From: a virus
Lineage: Duplodnaviria > Caudoviricetes
Virus record (IMG/VR): IMGVR_UViG_3300013126_000002
Location: 1 to 63,185 of that record
Reading direction: 5' to 3' (one strand)
DNA length: 63,185 nt
The notes beneath the pieces were generated by a model. That model did no database searches. It saw nothing but the letters and a program-made list of their open reading frames with translations, and was not told the origin of the DNA. Within the stretch, counting starts at the first letter, position 1. Each line of letters opens with the position of its first letter. The position numbers were made by a program, and so were the translations under genes. This document shows positions 54,435 through 63,185 of this stretch, one piece after another.

Positions 54435-54911
54435 TTACGACAGCAGTACGCCGTTGTGGTCTAGTGTGATTTCCAGTTCGGTAGTGCTGATAGCAATACC
54501 GATCTTGACCACGTAGTTGCCGGAACCTGTCGGAGCGGTGGTAGTCAGCAGACCAGCCGATGTGGACAGATAGTACAGTGAACCGGCAGTCAGCGTGGTG
54601 GAGCCAGCAACATCGGTCCAGTCGGCAGAAGCCAGGATACCGTCAGTCTGAATAAAGCCGGAGCCAGCAGCGGCGATGGAAGCGTCCTTCACCAGACCCA
54701 GCACTTGGCGAGTACCGGCAGCGCCAGCAGAAGCCTTGTTCACGGAACCAGCAGCAGACACGTACACCGGCATACCGATGGTGATTGCGCCAGCGTTGGC
54801 GTTGGTCATCGCTACGACATCAACTTCGCTGGAAGCTGCTGACAGGGTATCCCCAGACGGGATTTGCTGAACCTGACCATTGATGATTACGAGGGGTTTC
54901 TGGACTGCCAT
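54435..54911 (-). CDS. Virion structural protein (capsid cement/DUF2190-like)
   Basis: GMPVYV, VLGL, LTAGSLYYLS..AG.LTTTAP; AAAGGAG RBS. Confidence 0.6.
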   Translation of the reverse strand: MAVQKPLVIINGQVQQIPSGDTLSAASSEVDVVAMTNANAGAITIGMPVYVSAAGSVNKASAGAAGTRQVLGLVKDASIAAAGSGFIQTDGILASADWTDVAGSTTLTAGSLYYLSTSAGLLTTTAPTGSGNYVVKIGIAISTTELEITLDHNGVLLS

Positions 54912-54923
54912 GATAAGTCTCCT

Positions 54924-55493
54924 TTAGACCAAGAGGATTGGTTCCTCAATGTTGACGTTAAGTGTATCAGATTTGACTGCCATGCCAACCCTAGTTACAT
55001 ACCCAGTGCTGGGGGCGGTCAGCGTAATGGCCCCAGAACCAACAAAATAAGGCGAACCCGCCGTAAGTCCGGCAAGCGTTAAACTACCGCTAGTTACTAC
55101 CTTCGCAGTGAACGTAGCAAGAACTGTATCGCGGATAAGGCCGACGATCTGCGGATCGGTGTAGGACGCTGCGTAGACCTTGTTGGCAGATACCTTCACA
55201 GGTGTGCCCGGCGTCAGGTCTTCACCTGCCTCAAGTTCCAGCAACGCACCGCCGCCCCCACCGCCGCCAGAGAACTCGATCCACGTAACCAAGTCGTTAT
55301 CCAGCACCCACAGCGTACCCGTATCGCGGGTGTATACGGCCATGCCAGCAACGCGGCGTTCAGTGGTGATCGCATCGCGTGCGGTGTTATCCGCGACTTC
55401 GTGCCATCCACCTTTGCCATATACGCTTGAATGCGTGGCGTAGGTGTCGGACGGAGCCGTGGTTGCGATGTAGTCGGTGACTGGAATCGGCAT
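54924..55493 (-). CDS. Virion structural protein
   Basis: GGW..V..RDAI..ERR..GM module plus a domain resembling 54435..54911. Confidence 0.6.
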   Translation of the reverse strand: MPIPVTDYIATTAPSDTYATHSSVYGKGGWHEVADNTARDAITTERRVAGMAVYTRDTGTLWVLDNDLVTWIEFSGGGGGGGALLELEAGEDLTPGTPVKVSANKVYAASYTDPQIVGLIRDTVLATFTAKVVTSGSLTLAGLTAGSPYFVGSGAITLTAPSTGYVTRVGMAVKSDTLNVNIEEPILLV

Positions 55494-56422
55494 CAGCTAA
55501 CAGCGATGTTAATCGCACCTCCGAGGATGTTGGTCGTGCGGTGGACGTAATAGTTGGTCGTCTGGCCGAACGTGTTGGTAATCGCAAGAGTGTACGCAGC
55601 TTGCATGGCTACGTCTAGGTTGGTAGCCGTGTCCTTGAACGTGGACTTCAACCCCCATGCAGTCGGGTAGGCAATCCACTTGTAGCCGCCGCCCAAGAAC
55701 GCGAACGTGCCGGTAAAGTTGGTCGCCAGCCCGGTGACGCGCAGGGCTTCTACGTCGGCTTCGACAAGGGCGGCTGTGGTGCTTTCTCCGTAGAACCGTC
55801 GCCACTGCCAACTGACGCTGAAGTCTCTGGTGAAGGTGGCTGCGTTGGTGTTGGTTCCGGTAATGCGCCATGTGTGGCTGGTTGCTGACGTTTTCGTAAT
55901 TGCTCCAATACCCAAGGCTTCTGACCCATCATTAGCACCTCCTGTGAGCAGGTTAGTACTGGCAGTGATGTCATCGATCTTGATCGTATTGGCTTGGACG
56001 TTGCTGCTGTTGCTGGTTGCCCAAGTGAAAGTCTTTGTGCCAGCCGCGATGGTATCTCCTACCTCAAGCGGGCTAGTCTGGCTAAAGCTGAACGAAGAAA
56101 AAGCTGGGGCTTGGTACGGGTAGAACAGTGTGTCCAGCGCGTCCTGCACTGTCCCTGAGAACGTATGCCCCGCCGATACGCCCCCAATCGTTGTAGGCAC
56201 AGGCGTGAGCCTGTTGTAATCTGCGTCACCATACCCAGCGGGGCCAGCCTGCCCCATCGTAACAACGTGGATATGGGTTTCTTCGGAGCTGACATGCGAC
56301 TCCGTATCTACGACAACTACATCGGTAGATTCATGGGTAAAGGAAACGACGGACTCGTCCGGTAGAACGACTACGTTCTTGTCCGGAACTACGACGCTTA
56401 CGGTATCTTTCTGTTCACCCAT
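55493..56422 (-). CDS. Virion structural protein
   Basis: LD.LFYPY.AP motif, Ig-like T-rich region. Confidence 0.6.
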   Translation of the reverse strand: MGEQKDTVSVVVPDKNVVVLPDESVVSFTHESTDVVVVDTESHVSSEETHIHVVTMGQAGPAGYGDADYNRLTPVPTTIGGVSAGHTFSGTVQDALDTLFYPYQAPAFSSFSFSQTSPLEVGDTIAAGTKTFTWATSNSSNVQANTIKIDDITASTNLLTGGANDGSEALGIGAITKTSATSHTWRITGTNTNAATFTRDFSVSWQWRRFYGESTTAALVEADVEALRVTGLATNFTGTFAFLGGGYKWIAYPTAWGLKSTFKDTATNLDVAMQAAYTLAITNTFGQTTNYYVHRTTNILGGAINIAVS

Positions 56423-56574
56423 ATCTCGTTCGACTCTGAAAAGGTTACAACGTCAGCCGTGTCGGCACGGACAAACAGTTGCCGGAAGAACCGCGATACG
56501 ACCTCGACAATATCGAACAGCCACGATTCGATACTGAAGCTGTTGGTGTCAAAGCTGTTGTCATCAAACGCCAC
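56398..56574 (-). CDS. 58-aa hypothetical protein (not in ORF track)
   Basis: MAFDDNSFDTNSFSIESWLF...; fills the gap with overlaps at both ends. Confidence 0.5.
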   Translation of the reverse strand: MAFDDNSFDTNSFSIESWLFDIVEVVSRFFRQLFVRADTADVVTFSESNEIWVNRKIP

Positions 56575-57934
56575 GCCACTTGTCCAGACTGGTGCCGGTG
56601 CCTGTTACAGTCGCGCCGTTCATCTTCTTGGTGTCTGCATGGATCGGCGTTGCCTGCGCTGCCGCAATCACGGCTGCTGCAATGTCTGCGATCTGTGCCG
56701 GTGTAAGTTCCTGTTGTACGATCATATCGACCCCCAGATACTGCCTAGTGTTGAAGAACGTAACCCCTATTGTAAACGGAACCGCGTCACTTTCGGTAAG
56801 CGCGGGTGCAAGTATGATACTAGTGGCATCGAACGCCGTCAGCGTGATGGAAGTCGGGTCTGCGAGCGAACCTAGCGTGTTGGCTGCATTGAACGCAGTG
56901 AAGTTGAGCGTCGCAGAGTCAGCGTTACTGATGTAGGCAACAATGCCGGTAGCATCGGAGAACGTCAGGCTGTACGAAGTCGGTGCGAAGCTGCCCACGA
57001 TTGTAGCGGTGGCTGCGATGCCAGTGATCGACAGGGACGTGCTGTTTGCTACCGAGATAACCACCAGACCGCTAGTAGCATCGAACGCAGTGATCGACAG
57101 GCTGGATGCACCGGCTACGCTGGTGATGGCGTCCGCAGCGGCAAACGCTACAATCCCTTCGGATGTCGGAGTGGCGTTGCTGGTGATCGTGTCGGTTGCA
57201 GCAGACGCAGTGATCGACAGGCTGGTGGTAGCCCCTGCGCTGGTAATCGTGCCCGTAGCGGCGAACGCTACAAGCCCCTCAGTCGTAGGCCCGGCAGCGC
57301 TGACAATCGCGTCTGTGGCGTTAGCTGCTGTTACCGACAGGCTTGTAGTAGATAGACTGCTTACAATCGCTGCGGTGGCCGCCTGCGCGGTGATCGACAG
57401 GCTTGTGGGGTTCGCATCAGATTCAGTATTGACCGCGCCACCAGTGATCGTGTCAGTCGCGTCAAACGCTGTGATCGCTAGGCTGGTGGGTGCGGATACA
57501 GACGTGATGGCGTCCGTCGCCGTCGATGCAGTAATCGCTAGGCTGGTGGTGCCCGCTGCCGATACCAGAGCATCTGTTGCAGTAGACGCGGTGATCGCTA
57601 GGCTGGTTGCAGCAGATACGGACGTGATGGCGTCCGTAGCCGTAGACGCCGTAATCGATACGCTAGTCGGGTTTGCCGACGATATAGCCACCAACCCACT
57701 GGTGGCGTCAAACGCCGTGATTGTGAGGCTGGTGGTATTGAGCGCCGATACAACGCTGGCCGTCGCCGTCGAGGCTGTCAGCGTGACGCTGGCAGGGTCT
57801 GCGCTGGATGTGATGTTCCCAGACGCAGCCGAAGTTTCGACTACTTCGGTGTCAAACCAAGCCTCTGGTTGGATTTCTGCATCGAACCACGCATCTGGCC
57901 GGAGTTCTCCATCCCACCAACCTAACTTAGCCAT
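56564..57934 (-). CDS. Repeat-rich virion protein (~19-aa S/T/A repeats)
   Basis: TSLAITASTATDAITSVSA-type repeats. Confidence 0.7.
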   Translation of the reverse strand: MAKLGWWDGELRPDAWFDAEIQPEAWFDTEVVETSAASGNITSSADPASVTLTASTATASVVSALNTTSLTITAFDATSGLVAISSANPTSVSITASTATDAITSVSAATSLAITASTATDALVSAAGTTSLAITASTATDAITSVSAPTSLAITAFDATDTITGGAVNTESDANPTSLSITAQAATAAIVSSLSTTSLSVTAANATDAIVSAAGPTTEGLVAFAATGTITSAGATTSLSITASAATDTITSNATPTSEGIVAFAAADAITSVAGASSLSITAFDATSGLVVISVANSTSLSITGIAATATIVGSFAPTSYSLTFSDATGIVAYISNADSATLNFTAFNAANTLGSLADPTSITLTAFDATSIILAPALTESDAVPFTIGVTFFNTRQYLGVDMIVQQELTPAQIADIAAAVIAAAQATPIHADTKKMNGATVTGTGTSLDKWRGV

Positions 57935-57937
57935 GCG

Positions 57938-58102
57938 TTACCCCGGAGGCGAAAAAGTTACACCGTCATACGTCCAGCCGATATTTTCCTCGCCAGTCTG
58001 CTCGATGATTTCGTGTTCTGGGTAAATCTCGACTAAATCCTCGATGCCATCTACCGCAACGCAATGCTCGACAATGCCGCCTTTAACCAGAACGAAAATC
58101 AT
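57938..58102 (-). CDS. Small tail-fibre-associated protein
   Basis: MIFVLVKGGIVE...IGWTYDG.TF.PP motif. Confidence 0.65.
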   Translation of the reverse strand: MIFVLVKGGIVEHCVAVDGIEDLVEIYPEHEIIEQTGEENIGWTYDGVTFSPPG

Positions 58103-58103
58103 C

Positions 58104-59291
58104 TTATTTCTCCATAACGACAACTTCGCCGTTAAAGAACGTGGCCGTTGTCGCGCTTGCAAGAACACAATGCAGCATACAGGTGCCGTTATACAGCCGG
58201 ATGCCGGGAGCGCCGATAATCTTCTGTGCCGATACGTTAGCGATGGTGGTGCCAATCTTGGCGACATCTCGGCAGATCATCAGGCTGACTGCGCCGCCAC
58301 CTAGCGAGGTTCCGAGCGTGATCGACTGAACGGATCGCACGCCTTTGTCACCGGCCTGCAAGCTAAACCAGACAATCGTGCCGATAACCGGGGTTGCCGG
58401 AATCTGTGATCCTGCGATAGCCTTCAGCGTTGCCGTGCGGCCAGAAGTCCCATCGCTGTTTGTGTAGCTGACCGTGGTGTTGGCGATGGCCGAAGCGTTG
58501 GTATTGGCCGTAGTGGTCAGCAGCGCGATCAGACACCCTTCGCCGTTGGTTGTGCCGTTAATATCACGCGCAGGTAGGGTCGGCGTGGTGATCGCTTGCG
58601 CGGTAGTTGTAGTTACGGCAATCCCGCTGTTCACCCACAAGCAGTCGAAGAACAGGTGTGAGTGGTTGGTCGATGAAGCCATCTGAATTTCGGTCAAGTA
58701 GTTCGCGCCGGTTGCCGGGTTTTTGATCGGCACGCAACCGTTGTCCGATGCTGTAGTTCCGTCAGTGGCACGCCCATTGATGCCCGGAGTACCGGGTGCC
58801 CATGCGCCGGGGAAGCCTGCATCCTTACTAGTGCAGTACCAGCACCCGGCAACGTCTGCCGCTGTGCCGCTCTTCATGAACGGGAAGGCGTTTCCTGTAT
58901 AGGCACCAAGGCCCATTGCAGGATATTCTGCCCCCTGCTGATCGCGGTGTACCCACGACCCGTCCTCCCGATACCCCATGTTTTCGCCGGGAAGCAGCGT
59001 GAACTCGATAACCTCCACCGAGTTTGTGCCATCGTAATGCTGCACCGCGACTGTACAGGACGTTCCGGCGCTGGCATTGGTAATGTACAAGCCCTTCAGG
59101 TTGCGCGTAGTGCTTGCTGCCGGAGAAGCTACAACGGTCGTAGTGGTGGCGGTAGTGATCTTGGTATTCGTGCGCCCCGGCGTTACCGTGGTGCCGTTCA
59201 AGTCAACATAAGACGCGTGAACGTCGATGGAGTTGGCGGCGGCGCTGGTAACAACCCGGACTAGATCGGAAGTGCTATTAAGCAGCAGCAT
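58104..59291 (-). CDS. Virion structural protein
   Basis: 395 aa; LPARD.NG and LQAGDKGVRSVQS motifs. Confidence 0.65.
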   Translation of the reverse strand: MLLLNSTSDLVRVVTSAAANSIDVHASYVDLNGTTVTPGRTNTKITTATTTTVVASPAASTTRNLKGLYITNASAGTSCTVAVQHYDGTNSVEVIEFTLLPGENMGYREDGSWVHRDQQGAEYPAMGLGAYTGNAFPFMKSGTAADVAGCWYCTSKDAGFPGAWAPGTPGINGRATDGTTASDNGCVPIKNPATGANYLTEIQMASSTNHSHLFFDCLWVNSGIAVTTTTAQAITTPTLPARDINGTTNGEGCLIALLTTTANTNASAIANTTVSYTNSDGTSGRTATLKAIAGSQIPATPVIGTIVWFSLQAGDKGVRSVQSITLGTSLGGGAVSLMICRDVAKIGTTIANVSAQKIIGAPGIRLYNGTCMLHCVLASATTATFFNGEVVVMEK

Positions 59292-59303
59292 GAGGTGCCC
59301 CTA

Positions 59304-59732
59304 TTACGCAATCGTCAAAATGGTGCCCGGATCGGTGTTGTTGAACTTGACTTGGAACGAGTCGCCAGAGTTCAGCGTAACCGCAGTGCCGTGATCCCAC
59401 CAAGCAATCAGTGCATCGACGGGGGATGTGGCAGTGTCGTTGTACAGGACGTAGTAGCGGAAGGTGCCCATTGCGCCGCCAGAAGCGGTGAAGGTCACGG
59501 ACGTGCCACTGATCGTCGTAGTGCCGGTAGATTCACTGATCGTGATGGTGGTTGCAGTACCGCCAGTCGGGTAGCCGTTCGTACCGCTGATCTGCGTAAT
59601 GTCAGTCAGGATGGTATTGGTTGCTACCGGTGCAGTGTTGGTGAGAGCGACTTTGAACGTATGCGCGTCCCAGTCGTGGACTCCGCGAGAAAGCTGCTCG
59701 GAGAAGTCTTGGAATTTCGTTACAGTTGCCAT
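59304..59732 (-). CDS. Virion structural protein
   Basis: FKVALTNTAP and FRYYVLYNDT..LI.WWD.G motifs; AGGAGG RBS. Confidence 0.7.
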   Translation of the reverse strand: MATVTKFQDFSEQLSRGVHDWDAHTFKVALTNTAPVATNTILTDITQISGTNGYPTGGTATTITISESTGTTTISGTSVTFTASGGAMGTFRYYVLYNDTATSPVDALIAWWDHGTAVTLNSGDSFQVKFNNTDPGTILTIA

Positions 59733-59743
59733 GTCGGCCTCCT

Positions 59744-60358
59744 TTAGTTCGTAACTTCAAGCTCAACGGTAACTTTGCCTTGGAGCAAATCAGTTACGAC
59801 TCCAGTGCCTGATACCATTTCAAGATCATACACCCCTTTGGTCCACGTAAACGCAGCGGTATCATCGGCGGCGATCTGCACGGTGATGGTCTTGCCTACG
59901 TTGTCCAACGTGATCGTAATCACATCTGCGGGGGTGTCTGCTACTTCGGTCGAGGCCAGCACTGTTCCGCCAACCTTGTCCTTGATCTTCATGCGTCCGG
60001 TATATCCGGACAGATCGACGGGGGTAAGCAGTTGCAAGTACCCGCCGCTAGTGTAGTTACCGTAATCGGTGCTGTTCACTTCGTTCAGCTCTACGGAATT
60101 AGCGTCAATAACCGTGGCGCGAACGTAGTCAGAATCAATCGGAGGGGCTTTCTTGGCGTTGATCTGCGTCATGCCCTTCACGGACACTACTGCAACGCGC
60201 CAGCCATCAGGGATCGAATGTCCGGTAGCTGTAACGACCGCAGGCGCACCTCTGGTGATGCCGGTGATGGCCTTGTACAAGTACGGCGGAGATTCCCAAC
60301 GCAGCACCCGTGTGAAGGTGCTGCCTTGCTTGATTGTCAGGTCTTGTTTAGCTGCCAT
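59744..60358 (-). CDS. Virion protein (BppU-like with FCCH-like insert)
   Basis: LTIKQGSTF, ITGIT.G.PAVVT..GH, DLSGYT and GVYDLE motifs. Confidence 0.6.
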   Translation of the reverse strand: MAAKQDLTIKQGSTFTRVLRWESPPYLYKAITGITRGAPAVVTATGHSIPDGWRVAVVSVKGMTQINAKKAPPIDSDYVRATVIDANSVELNEVNSTDYGNYTSGGYLQLLTPVDLSGYTGRMKIKDKVGGTVLASTEVADTPADVITITLDNVGKTITVQIAADDTAAFTWTKGVYDLEMVSGTGVVTDLLQGKVTVELEVTN

Positions 60359-60407
60359 GCCCTGCTCCTTGCGGTTTCTAGTAGTGTAGCCTGCCTATGG
60401 GGCCACG

Positions 60408-63185
60408 TCAAAAGTTAAGGTTTTCATAGGCATAGGCGGCGTCACGGCGGCTCATACCCAACATGCCGGTATCCGTAGTCAGCCCGATCTGGCGTTCCAA
60501 TGCGCGGCGGCGAAGCCCCTCTGCAATACCGGTAATCGGGTGTTCCGCGTGCTTGGCATTGTACTCCTCCATACGCTTCTGCCAGTACTGACGATTCTCG
60601 TCATTCTTGCTCTCGATTGCGTAATACAGGTTGTCACGAATGCGCTCGCGCTTCATGTTGATGACGGCTTCGCGGGTACGCATGTACCGCCCCTTTTCTT
60701 CCGCCGTGGCCTTCTCGGACGGCTTGAAGCCCATCGCAGTCAGGGCGACCATGTAGGGGGAGGTCTCTACCGGAATCTTGTTTCCGGCAGCGTTGATGTA
60801 CCCCTCGTTATACACCATGCGCGTAGCGCGGAACATGTCCCGCACAAATGTCGGCATACCTTCAATGCCGCCATCGATAGTGGTGAGCGGCGTCGGGGCC
60901 CCGATCAATGTATTCTTTGTCACGCTGGCTCCGGCCATAGCCATCTGATAGAGCCCGATAACCATGTTGAACGCGGGAGATGCCTGCGACCAGCCAGCAG
61001 AGTCTTTCAGCTTGTCCTCAAATGTCCGCTGATCCGCGAAGAACCGGCTGCCGGGAATAATGTCTGCCTGCCCTGCACGGGTGGATAGATCGACGCCCAG
61101 CGCATTGGGAATACCCTTGGTCAGCAGTTCGCCGCCCTTATCGCCCAGCATTGCTGCGGCGTACTGGCGCATGGCAAGACGTACATCCCAAGGATCATCG
61201 TCCTTATCTCCGGCGATAGCAGCGACCATGTTGATCGCAGCGGCAATAGCCGTAATGAACGGCAGCCCCAAGGCCCCGGCGTAAACCATCGTCATACCAA
61301 GTAGCCCGACCAGTGCGGTCTTGGCCTCAGCGGCCATAAGTTTGGCCTCTGCAACGGCCTTCTTGGCCTTTTCGATCTCGTTAACCGTAGCCGTATAGCG
61401 CGTATTCTCGCGCAGCCGGGCCTCAGCGTCCTTCAGTTCTGCCGTAAGCTGAATACGCACGGCCTTGCGATCCTTGCCTGTAGCCTCCTTGATCTTCTGC
61501 TCCAGATCGGCAATCAGCTTCTCGGTAGCGGCCTTGTCCAGCGACTTGATCTCGGAAGGGAACGCTGCTTCGCGGGCCTCGGCATCAGCCAGTTCGGCCT
61601 GTGCCTGTCGGAGTTGATACCCGACAGCCTCGGAGATAGTACGGATGTGCAGCTCCAGCAACTGCGCGTTGAACTGCTGAAACGTAGCGACCAAGGGGGT
61701 GACCTTGCCGAGGAACCCATGCTTGCCCAACGCGCGGGCCACGTTAATGGCCGTGTAGCTGAACTGCGTATCACGAACTGCCTTCAGCGCGAAATCTGCT
61801 GCGGCTTCCGCAGTGGGCAGGGCACGGGCGTGTTTGGATCGTGCCAGTCGATAAGCAGCCAACCCGACAACCAGCCGGTTAGCTACTTCGGCGTAGTGGT
61901 TGGTCAGGCCAGCAGTCTTGGACAGCCGCGAGGTAGTATCGCTCTGTTCGGCTTCCAGTCGGGTAATTTCACGGGTGATACCGAAGTTCACTTCCCCGGA
62001 GTCCAGTGCCTGCTGGATAAACGCCCGTTCATCAGCGGTCAGGTTGGTGAAGTGTTCGTCCGCAATCAGCGTAGCGTTCAGGAACTTGTCCAGATACGCC
62101 TTGCCCCCTTCAGCAGATGCGGCCTGTTGCTTGGTGGCCTCAAACAGCGCTGCCAAGCCGGTCTTAACATCGCCGTAAGCCTTGTACATCTCAGCCGTAG
62201 CCATACGATACCCGAACCGCCCGCCAAGGATAGGCAGCGAGATTTGGGTCGGTTGCAGCAGGTTAAGTATCAGGTATGCAGGGCTCAGAGCCAGATAGGT
62301 GGTGTACGCCCCAGACCGCAGCAGATCGATCAGCGGGGTTTCAATCGGGTCCATCGCATTGGCATGGCGCAGCCGCAGCTCATCGTACACGCGCTTCGCG
62401 TCTACGGCACTGGCCGAGTGGTTGGCCTCCATCGTACGAACAGACTGGTTCATGCTGTTGAACGACTCGTTGATCAGCGGCAGGTACAAGTGGTTGGCGA
62501 AGTACCGGTGCGAATTCACTGCACGATCTGCATAGCTACGGATCATCTCATCCAGCTTGAAGCCGGGAACAGCCTCGCGGCGGGTTAGCGCCTTACGGAC
62601 AGACCCTTCAGGGAGCATAGCCAACCAGCTATTACGGGCAGCAGCCTTCATCGAGTTCTTCTGCTTGTCCGTGACATTCAGCCGGTCGATCTCACCCAGC
62701 ATACGGTTCAGGAATTCCGGCGTAACGGCATTAGCCTGCACGGAGGACTCGTCGCTAAGTTGCCCCCACCCATAGGCCTTCAGTTCACCACTGGCTACTT
62801 CCTTCTCCAGCTCAGCGCCACGGGCCTGCATCTCGCGCTGTGTTGCAAACCGCTCAAACCAGCGTACGCCATCATTGTCTTCGTAGGATACGAAATAATC
62901 GCCGAAGCGGCCTACGTGGAAGTACGGGGAGCGCTCAGCCATCCGCACGATCTTCTGCATCACGCGCATTTCCTTGACCACTTCCATACGGCGGGCCGGG
63001 TTCTCCATCTTGGCTACGACTTCAGCAGCCTTGTCTTCCACCAGCTTACGGGCAGCATCCATCTTCTCCGCCTCACTCTTGGTGTCGGCAGCGTTGGTCA
63101 GCACGTCAGCAATCGACTGTGCGAAGTTAATGCGGTCTTGCGCGGACTTGAACACAATATCCTGCCCTGCGGACGTTACCAGATC
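60408..63185 (-). CDS. Large internal/polyvalent protein, C-terminal part with PLxRFG-like domain
   Basis: PYFHVGRFGDYFV at ~62890-62927; in frame with 1..4194 across the circular join. Confidence 0.85.
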   Translation of the reverse strand, partial: DLVTSAGQDIVFKSAQDRINFAQSIADVLTNAADTKSEAEKMDAARKLVEDKAAEVVAKMENPARRMEVVKEMRVMQKIVRMAERSPYFHVGRFGDYFVSYEDNDGVRWFERFATQREMQARGAELEKEVASGELKAYGWGQLSDESSVQANAVTPEFLNRMLGEIDRLNVTDKQKNSMKAAARNSWLAMLPEGSVRKALTRREAVPGFKLDEMIRSYADRAVNSHRYFANHLYLPLINESFNSMNQSVRTMEANHSASAVDAKRVYDELRLRHANAMDPIETPLIDLLRSGAYTTYLALSPAYLILNLLQPTQISLPILGGRFGYRMATAEMYKAYGDVKTGLAALFEATKQQAASAEGGKAYLDKFLNATLIADEHFTNLTADERAFIQQALDSGEVNFGITREITRLEAEQSDTTSRLSKTAGLTNHYAEVANRLVVGLAAYRLARSKHARALPTAEAAADFALKAVRDTQFSYTAINVARALGKHGFLGKVTPLVATFQQFNAQLLELHIRTISEAVGYQLRQAQAELADAEAREAAFPSEIKSLDKAATEKLIADLEQKIKEATGKDRKAVRIQLTAELKDAEARLRENTRYTATVNEIEKAKKAVAEAKLMAAEAKTALVGLLGMTMVYAGALGLPFITAIAAAINMVAAIAGDKDDDPWDVRLAMRQYAAAMLGDKGGELLTKGIPNALGVDLSTRAGQADIIPGSRFFADQRTFEDKLKDSAGWSQASPAFNMVIGLYQMAMAGASVTKNTLIGAPTPLTTIDGGIEGMPTFVRDMFRATRMVYNEGYINAAGNKIPVETSPYMVALTAMGFKPSEKATAEEKGRYMRTREAVINMKRERIRDNLYYAIESKNDENRQYWQKRMEEYNAKHAEHPITGIAEGLRRRALERQIGLTTDTGMLGMSRRDAAYAYENLNF
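63063..63185. repeat. Terminal direct repeat, copy 2
   Basis: Identical to 1-123. Confidence 0.95.

Noticed and set aside
54265-54437. Apparent frameshift or readthrough after 54435..54911
   Set aside because: Re-reading shows an intact 55-aa ORF from ATG 54432
51344-60358. Diversity-generating retroelement or invertible tail-fibre locus
   Set aside because: No reverse transcriptase or invertase, and no near-identical TR/VR pair seen
63063-63185. 123-bp terminal repeat as a biological DTR
   Set aside because: It falls mid-gene with the frame continuing across the join, which is typical of assembler overlap

Overview
Complete, circularly closed genome of a tailed dsDNA phage, about 63,062 bp (bases 1-123 are repeated at 63063-63185). 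The host is a Gram-negative bacterium (spanins present). The virion looks podovirus-like: N4-gp56-type capsid, portal, adaptor/nozzle, no tape-measure protein, and a ~2,282-aa ejected polyvalent protein whose gene is split across the window ends. No integrase, CRISPR array or tRNA was seen, so the phage is probably lytic. There are two divergent arms. The minus strand carries packaging, head, tail and internal proteins (21.8 kb to 1, continuing from 63 kb down to 51 kb) and then lysis (51-48.8 kb). The plus strand carries early genes (22-38 kb) and then replication genes (PolA, HNH, PD-(D/E)XK nuclease, VRR-NUC, SNF2 helicase, SSB, DUF927 primase, ThyX). The most unusual signals are: (1) 13 copies of a 22-bp palindrome, SACTG-N3-GTTAAC-N3-CAGTS, found only in the early region, bracketing genes and sitting inside CDSs; (2) a repeated cassette of upstream box, promoter, 5' hairpin, palindrome, gene and terminator, carrying two orphan paralogues; (3) an unannotated 36-aa ArfA-like ribosome-rescue peptide; (4) a giant Zn-ribbon/amidoligase next to a class II glutamine amidotransferase; (5) a ThyX with a DnaJ-like Zn-finger insert; (6) a 12-aa basic micro-ORF with a strong RBS. 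All assignments come from motif recognition by eye; no searches were run.
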